Shown here: positions 39,945-51,700 of the stretch, in pieces
How the letters are laid out: every line of letters starts with the position of its first letter
Numbering within the stretch: the stretch's first letter is position 1
Source of the DNA: Macrostomum lignano
Taxonomy: Eukaryota
Reading direction: 5' to 3'
Length of the DNA: 55,685 nucleotides
Assembly: GCA_002269645.1 (NCBI GenBank)
Contig: NIVC01004200.1
Span: 1-55,685 of the forward strand
Made by a program: the position numbers and the translations under genes
The notes under the pieces: generated by a model
The model's database searches: none
What the model was told of the DNA's origin: nothing
The model's input: the letters and a program-made list of their open reading frames with translations, nothing else

Positions 39945-41165
39945 TAGGGCTGAGAAGCTGGGATTCTGCATCATTGGAATAGAGCTGAGAAGCTGGGATT
40001 CTGCAGCATTGCGATGTGGCTGGGGCTGAGAAGCTGGGATTCTGCAGCATTGCGATGGGGCTGAGAAGCTGTGGATTCTGCATCATTGGAGTAAAGCTGA
40101 GAAGCTGGGATTCTGCAGCATTGCGATGGGGCTGAGAAGCTAGGATTCTGCATCATTGGAGTAGAGCTGAGAAGCTGGGATTCTGCAGCATTACGATGGG
40201 GCTGAGATGCTGTGGATTCTGCATCATTGGAGTAAAGCTGAGAAGCTGGGATTCTGCAGCATTGCGATGGGGCTGAGAAGCTGTGGATTCTGCATCATTG
40301 GAGTAGAGCTGAGAAGCTGGGATTCTGCAGCATTGCGATGGGGCTGAGAAGCTGGGATTCTGCATCCTTTGAATAGAGGGGGTGCTTTCACAAGGTCGAA
40401 ACTTCACAAGGTCGAAACTTTACAACGTCGAAAATTTAATATAACAAGAACCATACAGTAGTTTTCTACGTTGTGAAATTTCGACCTTGTGAAGTTTCGA
40501 CGTTGTGAAAGTGGCTGCTATTTGAGTTTCCAATGTTATGAAATTTCGATCTTTTGAAAGAAGGTGCTTTCGACGTGAAATTTTGAGTTTGTGACCCCCC
40601 CCCCTCCCCCGAATAGAGCTGAGAAGCTGGGATTCTGCAGCATTGGGATGGGGCTGAGAAGCTGGGATTCTGCAGCATTGGGATGGGGCTGAGAACATGA
40701 AATTTTGCATAATTGAAAAACAGCTGAGAAGCTGGGATTCTGCATCATTGGGATGGGGCTGAGAAGCTGGGATTCTGCAGCATTGGGATGGGGCTGAGAA
40801 CATGAAATTTTGCATAATTGAAATATAACCGAGAAGCTGGGATTCTCCATCATTGGAATACAGCTGAGAAGCTGGGATTCTGCGTCAATTAAATAGAGCT
40901 CAGGAGCTGGGATTCTGCATTAATTAAATAGAGCTCAGAAGCTGGGATTCTGCATCAATTAAATAGAGCTTAGAAGCTGGGATTCTGCATCAATTAAATA
41001 GAGCTCAGAAGCTGGGATTCTGCATCAATTAAATAGAGCTTAGAAGCTGGGATTCTGCATCAATTAAATAGAGCTTAGAAGCTGGGATTCTGCATCAATT
41101 AAATAGAGCTCAGAAGCTGGGATTCTGCATCAATTAAATAGAGCTCGGAAGCTGGATTCTGCGTC
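39945..41165. repeat. About 35-bp minisatellite with GCTGAGAAGCTGGGATTCTGCA core, with sub-variants
   Basis: Roughly 25-30 units, interrupted by a MITE; the 3' part switches to a GCATCAATTAAATAGAGCT variant. Confidence 0.92.
40379..40610. mobile_element. MITE (MULE-like) inserted in the minisatellite
   Basis: G-rich/C-rich ends and internal inverted TTCACAAGGTCGAAA repeats; 8-bp TSD GAATAGAG (40371-40378, 40611-40618). Same family as 48170-48339. Confidence 0.75.
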
Positions 41166-41652
41166 ATTAGAATATGAATGAGTTGAGAATCTGGGACCAT
41201 GGATGGTAATAAATGTAAAAGAAGTACATGAAAATTTGGCAATCGGAATAGCTTGCTGGCATCGCAAAACAATACTACTCGTAGTAAAAAACGAGAAAAA
41301 AGAAGAGAGAAAAAACGAGCTCCCTATTTACTGCGCCGCGCCCACGAGAGAAGTTTGAATATTTTGGTGCGTATTTCAATCGCAACGGCTGAGACTATTT
41401 GCCAAAATATAAAAGCCAGATGCGATCTACGCTACTTAGAAAATTTACTTTAGTAATATTCGGAATATAAATCTCCGCATAAAGAAATCTAATAAAAATT
41501 GCAACACCGAAAAGGTCTAGCAAAATCATACGAGTTAAAGTAGTCAATTGCAGGCTGCATTGCAAGTACTCGCGTAAATAACCAAGAATGCAAAAATATT
41601 AATCCAATAATTTTAGTGACAAATCAAACAGGTGCATGACTGACGAATGTCT

Positions 41653-42057
41653 CTCTCAGCACCCGCCTCACTCCACAACTCTACAATGCAACCGAATCTG
41701 ATTGGCTGGCGGTCAAAAGCGCATCTCAGCACCCACCTCACTCCACAACTCTGCAATGCAACCGAATCTGATTGGCTGGCGGTTAAGGCCCATCTCAGCA
41801 CCCACCTCACTCCACAACCCTGCAATACATCCAAATCTGATTGGCTGGCGGTCAAAAGCGCATCTCAGCACCCGCCTCACTCCACAACTCTGCAATGCAA
41901 CCGAATCTGATTGGCTGGCGGTCAAAATTGCATCTCAGCACCCACCTCACTCCACAACTCTGCAATACATCCAAATCTGATTGGCTGGCGGTTAAAGCGC
42001 ATATCAGCACACACCTCACTCTCCTACTTTCCCCTACTGAACAGAATCTGATTGGTA
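41653..42057. repeat. About 70-bp tandem repeat, 6 copies, each with ATTGG (reverse CCAAT)
   Basis: Unit CACCCACCTCACTCCACAACTCTGCAATGCAACCGAATCTGATTGGCTGGCGGTCAAAAGCGCATCTCAG. Confidence 0.92.
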
Positions 42058-42074
42058 GTCACGTTAGTTGGACT

Positions 42075-43992
42075 TCAGTCACACCCTGAATCTCCCACCG
42101 GGACCCCCTGTGCCCTGGCCAGTCTCGGATAGGCCTTCATCGTGTTGTCTAGCAAAGCGGCCGCGGCGGCGTCAGTCGAGATGGCCTTGTCCTTGGCGAT
42201 GAACTCCAGCACAAGCCGAGCATTGGACGGCTCGTTTCTCTGGTCGACGGTCGGGCCCAGCACGGGCGAGTCGGTCTCGAGCAACAGGCGGTCCAGCGGC
42301 AGGGCCGCCACCAGGCGCTGCTTGCCGGAGTCGCGGACCACCTCAGGCGGGATGGAGAAGTAATAGCCCAGCTGGGCGCCCGTCACCGCGTAGTGTGGCC
42401 GGCCGTTGAATGCGTGCAGGTGGGCGCGCCGCACACCTAGCGAGTGCAGCAGCTCGATGCAGTGGTGACCGGCAGATCTGGGCGTGGGGGGGGGAGCGTC
42501 GGTTGCAAATTTGCACAGCGGAAAAGCTTGAGTCATGACGACTTGTTAACTAGCTATTAATTACTAATAACTAGGCAGACAGGCAGCAGACAGGCGCACC
42601 TGGAGTGCACATTCAGCGTCAGGTCGTGCCGCAGGGCGAACTCGGCCTGCCGACGCAGCACGGCCTTCTGCGTCTCCCTGGCCGCCTCGTCGGGGCACCA
42701 GCGCGGCGTGAAGTCCAGGCCGACCTCACCAACGCCAATCAGGCGGTCGGCGGCCGCCTCGATCGCTGGCATCGCCTTCTCGAGGTCGTCAAGTTGGACG
42801 CAACGGTTGCGGGACTCGCCACCGACCAGGAGGCCGGGGCCGCCCGCCTGCTGCACGGGGTGGACACCCAGACAGGGCCGGATGAAGGACGGGTGTCTGA
42901 GGAGAGGGCAATGGAAAAGATTGGAAAAGGCAACGAGTTTAACTTTTTAGCCGCTAATAGTTACCTTAAGCATTTTAGATTATGGGACGTTCTTAGGGTC
43001 AGATCTAAGATATTCAGATGTACATCAACGGCGATGGTTCTTTATGGTCGAGTCTCATGTATTTTGGATACAGCTTTCAGGTGTTGTTCGTGTAATAGGG
43101 TATAAATTTAGGAACAGGATAGAAGTTGCTTTTACTTTACTAATAGTAGTTTCCAGTCGCAGAAGTATCGGTAATTAGGGCAGTTGGGCTCTCAGAGAAG
43201 CAACCCGTTAGGAGATTATAGCCTTTTTAACTGAGGAAACTCAAGGAAAAAAACCAAGGGGAATCAAAACATAAAGATAGAAATTGCACTAGAGGAGTCT
43301 CGCCTCTACATTCGGGAGTCTTGCCCAAGCACATTCTAGGTAAACAACTACGAGCTAGGTGTCCCAAGTAGGACATTTATTGTAAAACACCTTTAGTATG
43401 CTGACATTTTGCATTTAACATCGATTTATACGTTTTATTTCAGGATAGACTCAGGTGTACTTCAGGTATACAGCCCCAGGAGCAATTTACGTAAATTTCA
43501 AAGCTCAAGACATTTTATGATGTACATGTAATTTAGTGCACCTCAGGGTCGACTCTAAAAGCGCCTAAGTGGCTTTGCTCAGGTGCAGTTCAGGGTTAAT
43601 CAGGATGTTTTGTAATGTTGCCCAAAAAGAAGCACCCCAATAACCAACCTGAACTGCAGCTCAAAGATGCGATCAAAATTCTCAATGCTTTCGCTAACAA
43701 CAATGGCTTGTTGGACACCGTTCTAAAAATATGTTGAAGGGGCACTTGAAAGTTGAGAGCTAAAAGATTAAAAACAGCAATCTTACAAAAGAACACACCT
43801 CAATCGCTTTCTGGACGACCGTGTCAATATCCTAAAGCATGTTTTAGGGGAAAAGAGTTCAAGTCAGCAGCTCAAATCTACCCAAGCTGAACTGGCAATT
43901 CAGTGAAAACCCATCAATACCTCAAGAAAGCAGGCGTCGGCCAGGTGAGCGTGGCAGTCGATGAGATGAAGCTGCTCTGCCGGCTGCTGCAT
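42075..43992 (-). CDS. TATDN3: TatD family DNase, TATDN3-like; exons 43992-43921, 43831-43799, 43722-43649, 42896-42600, 42477-42075 (292 aa)
   Basis: IDCHAHL, CLGVHPVQ, GEVGLDF, LNVHSRSAG, LHAFNG, YFSIPP, LLETDSP and RNEP motifs. The five exons splice in phase (0,0,2,2). Confidence 0.93.
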
Positions 43993-44152
43993 CTGCAAAG
44001 CGCATTTCTGCCATCGGTGAGACTTTGGCTTCAAGGATTGTCAGCGGTTTCCTACCTGCCTGACCAGTGGCGAAACTGATTCTGTTTTGATTCACTGCGC
44101 ATCACCTGCAGGCCCGGGAATAGAAAAACTGATGCAGGACAAGATAGACAGA

Positions 44153-44154
<2 letters not shown>

Positions 44155-44183
<29 letters not shown>

Positions 44184-44184
44184 C

Positions 44185-44269
<85 letters not shown>

Positions 44270-44621
44270 AGGCAGTCAGACAGACAGGCAGACAGACAGA
44301 CAGACAGATGGACCGACAGACAGATAGACAGACAGACAGTTGGACAGACAGACAGATAGACGGACAGAAAGACCGACAGACAGACAGACAGACAGATGGA
44401 CCGACAGACAGACAGATAGACAGACAGATGGACCGACAGACAGATAGACGGACAGAAAGACCGACAGACAGACAGACAGACAGATGGACCGACAGACAGA
44501 TAGACGGACAGAAAGACCGACAGACAGACAGACAGACAGACAGATGGACCGACAGACAGACAGACAGACAGACAGACACTAAGACAGACAGACAGACAGA
44601 CAGACAGACACTAAGACACTA

Positions 44622-44660
<39 letters not shown>

Positions 44661-44678
44661 TAGACAGACAGACACTCT

Positions 44679-44732
<54 letters not shown>

Positions 44733-44738
44733 TGGACC

Positions 44739-44824
<86 letters not shown>

Positions 44825-45300
44825 TAGACGGACAGACAGACAGACAGACAGTTGGACAGACAGACAGACAGACAGATAGACGGACAGAAAGACCGACAGA
44901 CAGACAGACAGATGGACCGACAGACAGACAGATAGACAGACAGATGGACCGACAGACAGATAGACGGACAGAAAGACCGACAGACAGACAGACAGACAGA
45001 TGGACCGACAGACAGATAGACAGACAGACAGTTGGACAGACAGACAGATAGACGGACAGAAAGACCGACAGACAGACAGTCAGACAGATGGACCGACAGA
45101 CAGACAGATAGACAGACAGATGGACCGACAGACAGATAGACGGACAGAAAGACCGACAGACAGACAGACAGACAGATGGACCGACAGACAGATAGACGGA
45201 CAGAAAGACCGACAGACAGACAGACGGACAGAGACAGATAGACACGGACAGACCGACAGACAGATAGATAGACAGACGGACAGACAGATGGACAGATAGA
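44155..45300. repeat. (GACA)n compound microsatellite, about 1.15 kb
   Basis: Direct reading; higher-order GATGGACC/GAAAGACC variants recur. Confidence 0.97.
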
Positions 45301-46339
45301 CAGGTGAATGGGATGAAGAGACAGGCCCAATGAAAGGCGGACAAGGCAGACAGACAAGGAAGGCAGAGGACACGTGAGCAGAGACAGATACAAGCGCATA
45401 TTAATGCATTTAGAAACTGTACTACAGGTTCTTATACCCGAGAAAAAAGCACTTTTATAAGAAACTCCTTTCTGTTTAGTTTGAGTGAGAATCAATCAAC
45501 TTCCAATGGAACAGTACTCTTATATTTATGCTATTGATGAAAATTGATTAACACAATTAAACGGTTGCACGCGTCATCAACGCACTTTATTTAAAATTAG
45601 CAATAGCCAAGCTAAAAGTACAAAAGTTAAGCCTTCGCGTCTCTGCCTGAGAACTTCAAACTCGAAACGCGGGAGCAGTTGTCTTTATTTCGAATCAAGG
45701 TACAGGCAGATGATTTTGATGAAGATTTAAATGCCCGATAAATGATTAGTAAAATTAATTTATAATAGCTGCAACTGGCCTCAGCATGACTCAATGAGGA
45801 CGAAAGCTTTCATAATATTTTGATTTGATTGGGTTTAAGATTCACTTAAATATATGTACAGTACAGAAGCTTAAACGCAAACAAAGCATGAGGAACAACC
45901 TTAACTACTGTGTGGTGAGTAGTATGAATCCAACACTAACACAACACGATTTGGACGTAAATTGAATTGTCGCATCTTCTATTTCGGCACGAGCAAACTG
46001 AAGCGAAACCGACGAAACTCTGTGTACCCGAAGTAATACTCGTAAATAATGAGCACACTCCAATGAGCACACAAGCTGATTAGAATACTTATCATCTGCA
46101 AGTCTGTCTGCGTCTGCTACAATATATCTCCAACTTAAAGGCTTAAAGTCTCACTAATAATCATTTCTGTTTCTAAATCTTTCTGTCGTTAGGGTCGTTA
46201 GGGTCATTAGGGCCAAAATCTCAAATATTTTTGTTGAAAATCTTTCTGTCATGAAGGGCTTTCTTAATCAATGTATCGCGCAGGTTAATAAGTATGTAGT
46301 ACAACGTGCATGATCCGGTAGTCGGGGAATCCTTAGATG

Positions 46340-46633
46340 ATCATGGTGGGGAATCCTGGAGGGGAATCCTGGAGGGGAATCCACAGACGACCATGGCAGG
46401 GTAATCCCAGAGAATCGTGGCGGGGAATTTCCAGATCATGGCGGGGGAATCCCCAGATTATGGCAAGGGGAATCTCCAAAAGACCATGGCGGGGGAATCT
46501 CGAAATCCGGAGGAACCTTAAAGGGGAGAGGAACATGGCAGGAGAATCCTGAATGCTGGGGAAATCCTGAAATGGAATCCCCAGAAGATAATGGCAGGGG
46601 AATCTCAGAGAATCGTGGCGGGGAATCTCCAGA
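46340..46633. repeat. Degenerate repeat with CATGGCGGGGGAATC core
   Basis: About 8-10 diverged units just 3' of the INIP stop. Confidence 0.75.
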
Positions 46634-46921
46634 TCATGGCGGGGGAATCCGGGGCAGCACGGGGATCATGGCATTGCCCAGCAGGCTGTCCTGCTTCAAA
46701 AATGTCCCAAACGAGTCGCTAGGCTGTACAAACTGCTGCTGCTGTTGCTGCTGCGACTGCTTTCCGGCAACAGAAGAGTCGCCGCCGCTCTCCCGTCCTG
46801 CTTTGGGGCCGGCGGAGCCGAGGCGCTTCTTCTGCTCTTGCAGCTCCTCCAAAATCTGGCGATTCTGGCGCACCTGGTTGGCCGATGGGGCCTGGAAGGC
46901 GGCGGGCGCTGAGGACGACAT
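46634..46921 (-). CDS. INIP: SOSS complex subunit C (INIP/C9orf80) homologue, single coding exon, 95 aa
   Basis: RQILEELQEQKKRL and SFGTFLKQDSLLGNAMIPVLPRI match the two conserved blocks of SOSS-C (human ILAELDKEKRKL and GYFITQDSAFGNLILPVLPRL, from memory). Confidence 0.88.
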   Translation of the reverse strand: MSSSAPAAFQAPSANQVRQNRQILEELQEQKKRLGSAGPKAGRESGGDSSVAGKQSQQQQQQQFVQPSDSFGTFLKQDSLLGNAMIPVLPRIPPP

Positions 46922-47004
46922 TCGCAGGAAAGGAATTTCATTTAGCCAAGTTTTCACCCCAAACTCTGAATGAACGATGGGATTGGGGTCGGTTGTTTAA
47001 ACCG

Positions 47005-47190
47005 AGGGTGGGAGATTATACGCCATGAGCTGAGGATGGGGAATTATAGTCTATGAGCTGAGGGTGGGGAATTATAAGCCGTGAGCTGAGGGTGGGGAAT
47101 TATAAGCCGTGAGCTGAGGGTGGGGAATTATAGGACATGAGCTGAGGATGGGGAATTATAGGCCATGAGCTGAGGGTGGGGAATTAGGGC
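47005..47190. repeat. 28-bp G-rich minisatellite upstream of INIP
   Basis: Unit GAGCTGAGGGTGGGGAATTATAAGCCGT, about 6 copies. Confidence 0.9.
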
Positions 47191-47842
47191 CCAAAAATGA
47201 ACTGAAGAAGAAGACAGTTTACAATTTAGAATAAGGTGGAAACATGTTTTGCAACACCATTTATATTTTGTTATTGTTGTGTACAGTTAAGAGCGTGAAG
47301 TCGCATCGAGAGAATCATCGAGAGACAAAAATTTACAACTCGCTTCGAATCCGGGCACTACCTGCTCCACTGCAAGAGGGGATGTTCTGTTTGATGCAGA
47401 CGTTTCATATTAAACAAACTGGACGGCAGAAGACTGTTCAAATGCACACGCTGGGATCTTTTTTACATTTTTAGGAAAGAATTTTAGCATATAGACTTGA
47501 CCTTCAAATATGAATACATACATGTATATACATGTAGGCCGCGTGGGCATAGACTATACCGGGAATCATAATCAAGAATATAAAATATGAAACAGGGAAT
47601 GAATGCATGCCATGATCACACGCTGGATAGTAGATTCTAAAAAAACAATAGATATATCAACTAATTTAAATAAACGGTCCTAATCTGTGCGAGTGTAGCT
47701 TGACTGTGCAATAATCGTCGCTACTCGCTAGCTATGCAGTTCACGCATTTAGTCTATGGTACAACCTAGCTTGTCATTAAAGACTCGTGTCTTTTAACGC
47801 AGTGCGCGGTGTCATATGAGCACACAGTAGTGATCTATTTAA

Positions 47843-48057
47843 CCCTATAATATCATAATACACAACAGAGATCTATTAATACTACAATAAAAATAATTGG
47901 ACGGTCATAAATAGACGGTCATATATGAAACTGTTGTTTCAGGGTCACAACTGTAACAACAAAACCGTCACAGTAAAAATGTGACCGTCCCACATTTATA
48001 CAAGAGTGCAATATAACAAACTTATTACTCAAAAAATCTGACGCTAAAAAGTAAAGG
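47843..48057. mobile_element. Possible piggyBac-like MITE
   Basis: TTAA-CCCT at 47839-47846 and AAGG-TTAA at 48054-48061; internal inverted GACGGTC/GACCGTC motifs. TIRs are short and imperfect. Confidence 0.35.
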
Positions 48058-48124
48058 TTAAAAAATAAACACTACATTAATACTGCTTTCTTGACGAAGG
48101 CGCCGGTTTAACTGGTCTATGAAA

Positions 48125-48570
48125 TTTGCTAGCAGGAAACCTGCTAGCAGAGGTTTGCTAGCCGAAATCGGGTCGCTTTCATAAGACCGAAATTTCACAA
48201 CGCCGAAAACTCAAAATGCAGGGCCCTTCACAAGACCGAAACTTCATAAGACCGAAATTTCACATCGTAGAAAACTTAATACAATAAGGAGCATGCAGAA
48301 TTTTCGGCGTTGTGAAATTTCGGTCTTATGAAACCCCCCGCCGAAATCTGCTAGCCGAAGTTTGCTAGCCGAAATCTGCTAGCCGAAGTTTGCTAGCCGA
48401 AATCTGCTAGCCGAAGTTTGCTAGCCGAAATCTGCTAGCCGAAGTTTGCTAGCCGAAATCTGCTAGCCGAAGTTTGCTAGCCGAAATCTGCTAGCCGAAG
48501 TTTGCTAGCCGAAATCTGCTAGCCGAAGTTTGCTAGCAGGAATTTTGTTGGCCGAAAGTTGCTAGCAGGA
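48125..48570. repeat. 15-bp tandem array (TGCTAGCCGAAATC/AGTT), interrupted by the MITE
   Basis: Alternating dimer GCTAGCCGAAATCT/GCTAGCCGAAGTTT from 48350 to 48540. Confidence 0.9.
48170..48339. mobile_element. MULE-like MITE
   Basis: Terminal GGGTCGCTTTCATAAGACCGAAA / TTTCGGTCTTATGAAACCCCCC; 9-bp TSD GCCGAAATC (48161-48169, 48340-48348). Confidence 0.82.
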
Positions 48571-48731
48571 AGCCCGGGAGCCCTGAACCCCCCGCTTCAC
48601 AAATCCTACAAGCAAAAAATTGCACGTAGATTAGGGAAATTCTACAAACGATCAAGCAATGAAATGAGAAGCTTTGTAATAAAGAAGGTAAAATGTCTTT
48701 ACAAACAAGCTAAAAGACAGTTTGCAACTGA

Positions 48732-51700
48732 TTACATCGGTCGGGTGCTCGGCAACTTGCGCTGTCTGCCAGCGGAAGACTTCAGCTTCTTGGCAGGAGG
48801 CGGCGGCACTTCCTGCTCGGGTCTGGCGCAATGAATGAGTTGTTTTTAGAATTCGTCTCCTTCCCTTTAATAAAGACTATTTTTCCGCTACACTGTTTTT
48901 ATTATCATTTCTCAGAAATCCCATAACTAATAAGTTGGCACAAAGCCCAATTGTATCCCTATATTGTTTGACCATACCATTGGCAGTTGAATCTTCTGGA
49001 CCAGGTTCGCTGCTGAAAAACTTTACAATCTTAGTATTCCCTATAGTCTCTACGATTCTATTTCGAATACGCCATAGATCTTAATAAGCTCGGTTGAGTT
49101 TTTCACCGGGTGCATAAACTTTTATTAAGCATTTTTACCTCTGGCCCAGTTTACTCTCTTTCATCTTAAGCAATCCTTAGCTACTTCAAATATTGACAAC
49201 CGAAATAAATTTTCCATTAAAAATGAAATGAATTACTTCAGTATTTATTCTTGACTACGAATTTCCTAATGAAGTAAAAAACAACAAAAAACTCCCGTTT
49301 TCAACTTGAGCCTAGTAAAACATCAAGGTCAAGAAAGTTTTTTTATTAGAGGCAGGGGGGTTGTGTGCACCCTGGCGCACTTTAAGCGACATAGGCACAC
49401 AACCGGCGAGAGGCATTGCTGCCCATTCCGCCGACTCCCCTGAGCAGGCATACAAGCGCGCGGATACGTACGCAGGCACACACTCACACAGGAGTGTACA
49501 GCGGCCCTAACTTTATTTTATCGTTAGGCATGTACACTTCACTGCGCCTTGGGGGGTTGGCTCTCAAGGCCATTAATTGCACGAGCAGAGCCAAGCCGAG
49601 ATTCCAATTCAGCCCCAAATTAATGTGACTGCACTTGGAATCGAGCCTAGGTCGCTGGCACACCAGAGCAGCTGCGCTACCGCTGGGCTACGGCCCCCCG
49701 TGTCAATAAAGTTAATAACTGGTCCGATTCCATAGCTAGTTTACAGGAGTCTTTGTGCAAGTCAAGGCGTCAGTCGACCCGGAGCCAGAGAGGAAGTGAG
49801 CAGTCATGCCTATTCCGCTGCCCCCTGAGCAGACAGGCACACGCTCACACAGGCAGGGTGCACAGCAGCAATGTCTTTCCTATTGTCAGGCATGTACACA
49901 AACTGTGCCTTGGGGGTTGGTTGAAGATTCAGACGCGATAGCTGTTAAGTCAGGCGGGCACTCACCCGGACAGAAGTGATCATCTCCAGGACGCTGAATC
50001 TCCCCAACAGCTCTCTCGGTGCGCTTGAAAGTGGCGACAGGCAAATGAGCAGTCACAATACTAAGCACAGTTGTCTGCTGCTCGCCAGGCGCTGCGGGCT
50101 GGAGTGTCAGTGACTTCAAAGTAATAATAGCAGCACTTTGCAAATAATTTGCTATTCGCACTGCTTATTTGTTGCAAAGGGCCACTAGTATTAAAAGACG
50201 GGTCCGTGAGTATTGCCCGCCGAGATTTGCCCGCCGAGGTTTGCCCGCACTGCAATTTTCCCGCGAGTGAATTGCCCGCGAGCGAGTTGCCCGCCGAGGT
50301 TTGCTTTTGGGGGTGGGGCAATGCAGACAGAATCTAGCTGCCAAATGGGCTGCAGTAAAAAAGCATTGCGAGCAAATCTCGGCGGGCAATTTGTCTGCAG
50401 GCATTTCTCGTGCTCCCGTAAAAGACGCAAAATTTAAAACCATTAGCGACATAAGGAATATGTTTTTTAAACGAACAATGGGTATCTAGTGCTGTTTAAA
50501 TTTTAAGATCTGCGACTTAAACTATGAGATGGAAGCCAAATCCTGCACTCACCACTACCGGAACTTCAGCAGAAGGGGTCTGTGCATCTCCATTTTCTAC
50601 GTCCCTCATGTCCACGTCACCCGAGACCGAGTCGCACGACATTGGCGACGGGGCTCGCTTTCGCTTTCGAAAATTCTTGCGTTTGTCAGGCGAGACTGGC
50701 TGGCACTGGGCGGCAGAGCTGCCATTCTCCGAGCCTGCTAATCTGAGGAGGTTGGTGGGCAAATCAACAATCAACACGCAGTCAGAGAGAAACGCCCCTT
50801 CCGCTGATCCCTGAGCAGGCACATACGCTCATACAGGATGTACAGCTGCTGCACACAAACTGTGCTTTGGGGGTTGGCTCTTAAATGGGCGAGAATTGCA
50901 CAAGTCACCGGCCAGCTGCCAGCGGGCACTCACCCGGGACAACAGTGATCGTAGGCGGTGCGCAAATCCCTCAAGCCCTTCGGACCCAGGCGATACAGCA
51001 GCTTCTTCTTATGCCGATTAGCAGCCTCCACAGACTGGAAGGCCGAGTCGCTGCTTGTGGTTGACGTGTTATTCTTTAGACATGACCTGTTATGGAATAG
51101 AATACAAATACTAATCACATTATTCAGGTAAAGTTGCTCGCTTGACAAGTAAGATAAATAGGAAGGCGAAAATCAACATTAGTTTATTGGTCCAAAAGTC
51201 GAGAGGCAAAGTCCAGGGACGGAATGGTAGTTGAAATAGTTAGAAGTATAATTAGTTAGAGTTATATAGTTAGAAGTACATCCAGTGCCCCCTCCCTCAG
51301 AACACACGGAGGACATGTCCCGCGCCACTGTGTTGGAGTTAGGTGTTGATGTTGGGGGAATGCGCTTTAATGCACAGCGCTTCAAGTATCTGGAGTTTGG
51401 AGTCAAAAGAGCATTGATCAATGACTTTGAAGCGCTCTTCGGGTTTGCAGTTGGAGCAACTAATCCATTCTAAGAGGTGGTTCTGGATATCCGACGGTTT
51501 CAGCCAGTGCTCCCTGATTCTAGTGTGCAGGTGCCTTTTTGTCTTCCCCACGTAGGAGACGCTCTGGTCATCAGAGCAGTTGAACTGATAAACGACACCA
51601 GCACGAAGAGCCCAGGGAACACGTGACTTCAACCGACCGACAAGTTGCCAACCTCAGCAGAACGAAAGATGACACGGATGTTGCAATTAAAGCGAGTTGC

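Noticed and set aside
44052-45495. Long SVCL/DRQT ORFs (also 20416-20734)
   Set aside because: Translations of (GACA)n microsatellites.
49625-49699. Possible tRNA gene
   Set aside because: A and B boxes are present, but the acceptor stem does not pair and a repeat body follows; treated as a SINE head.
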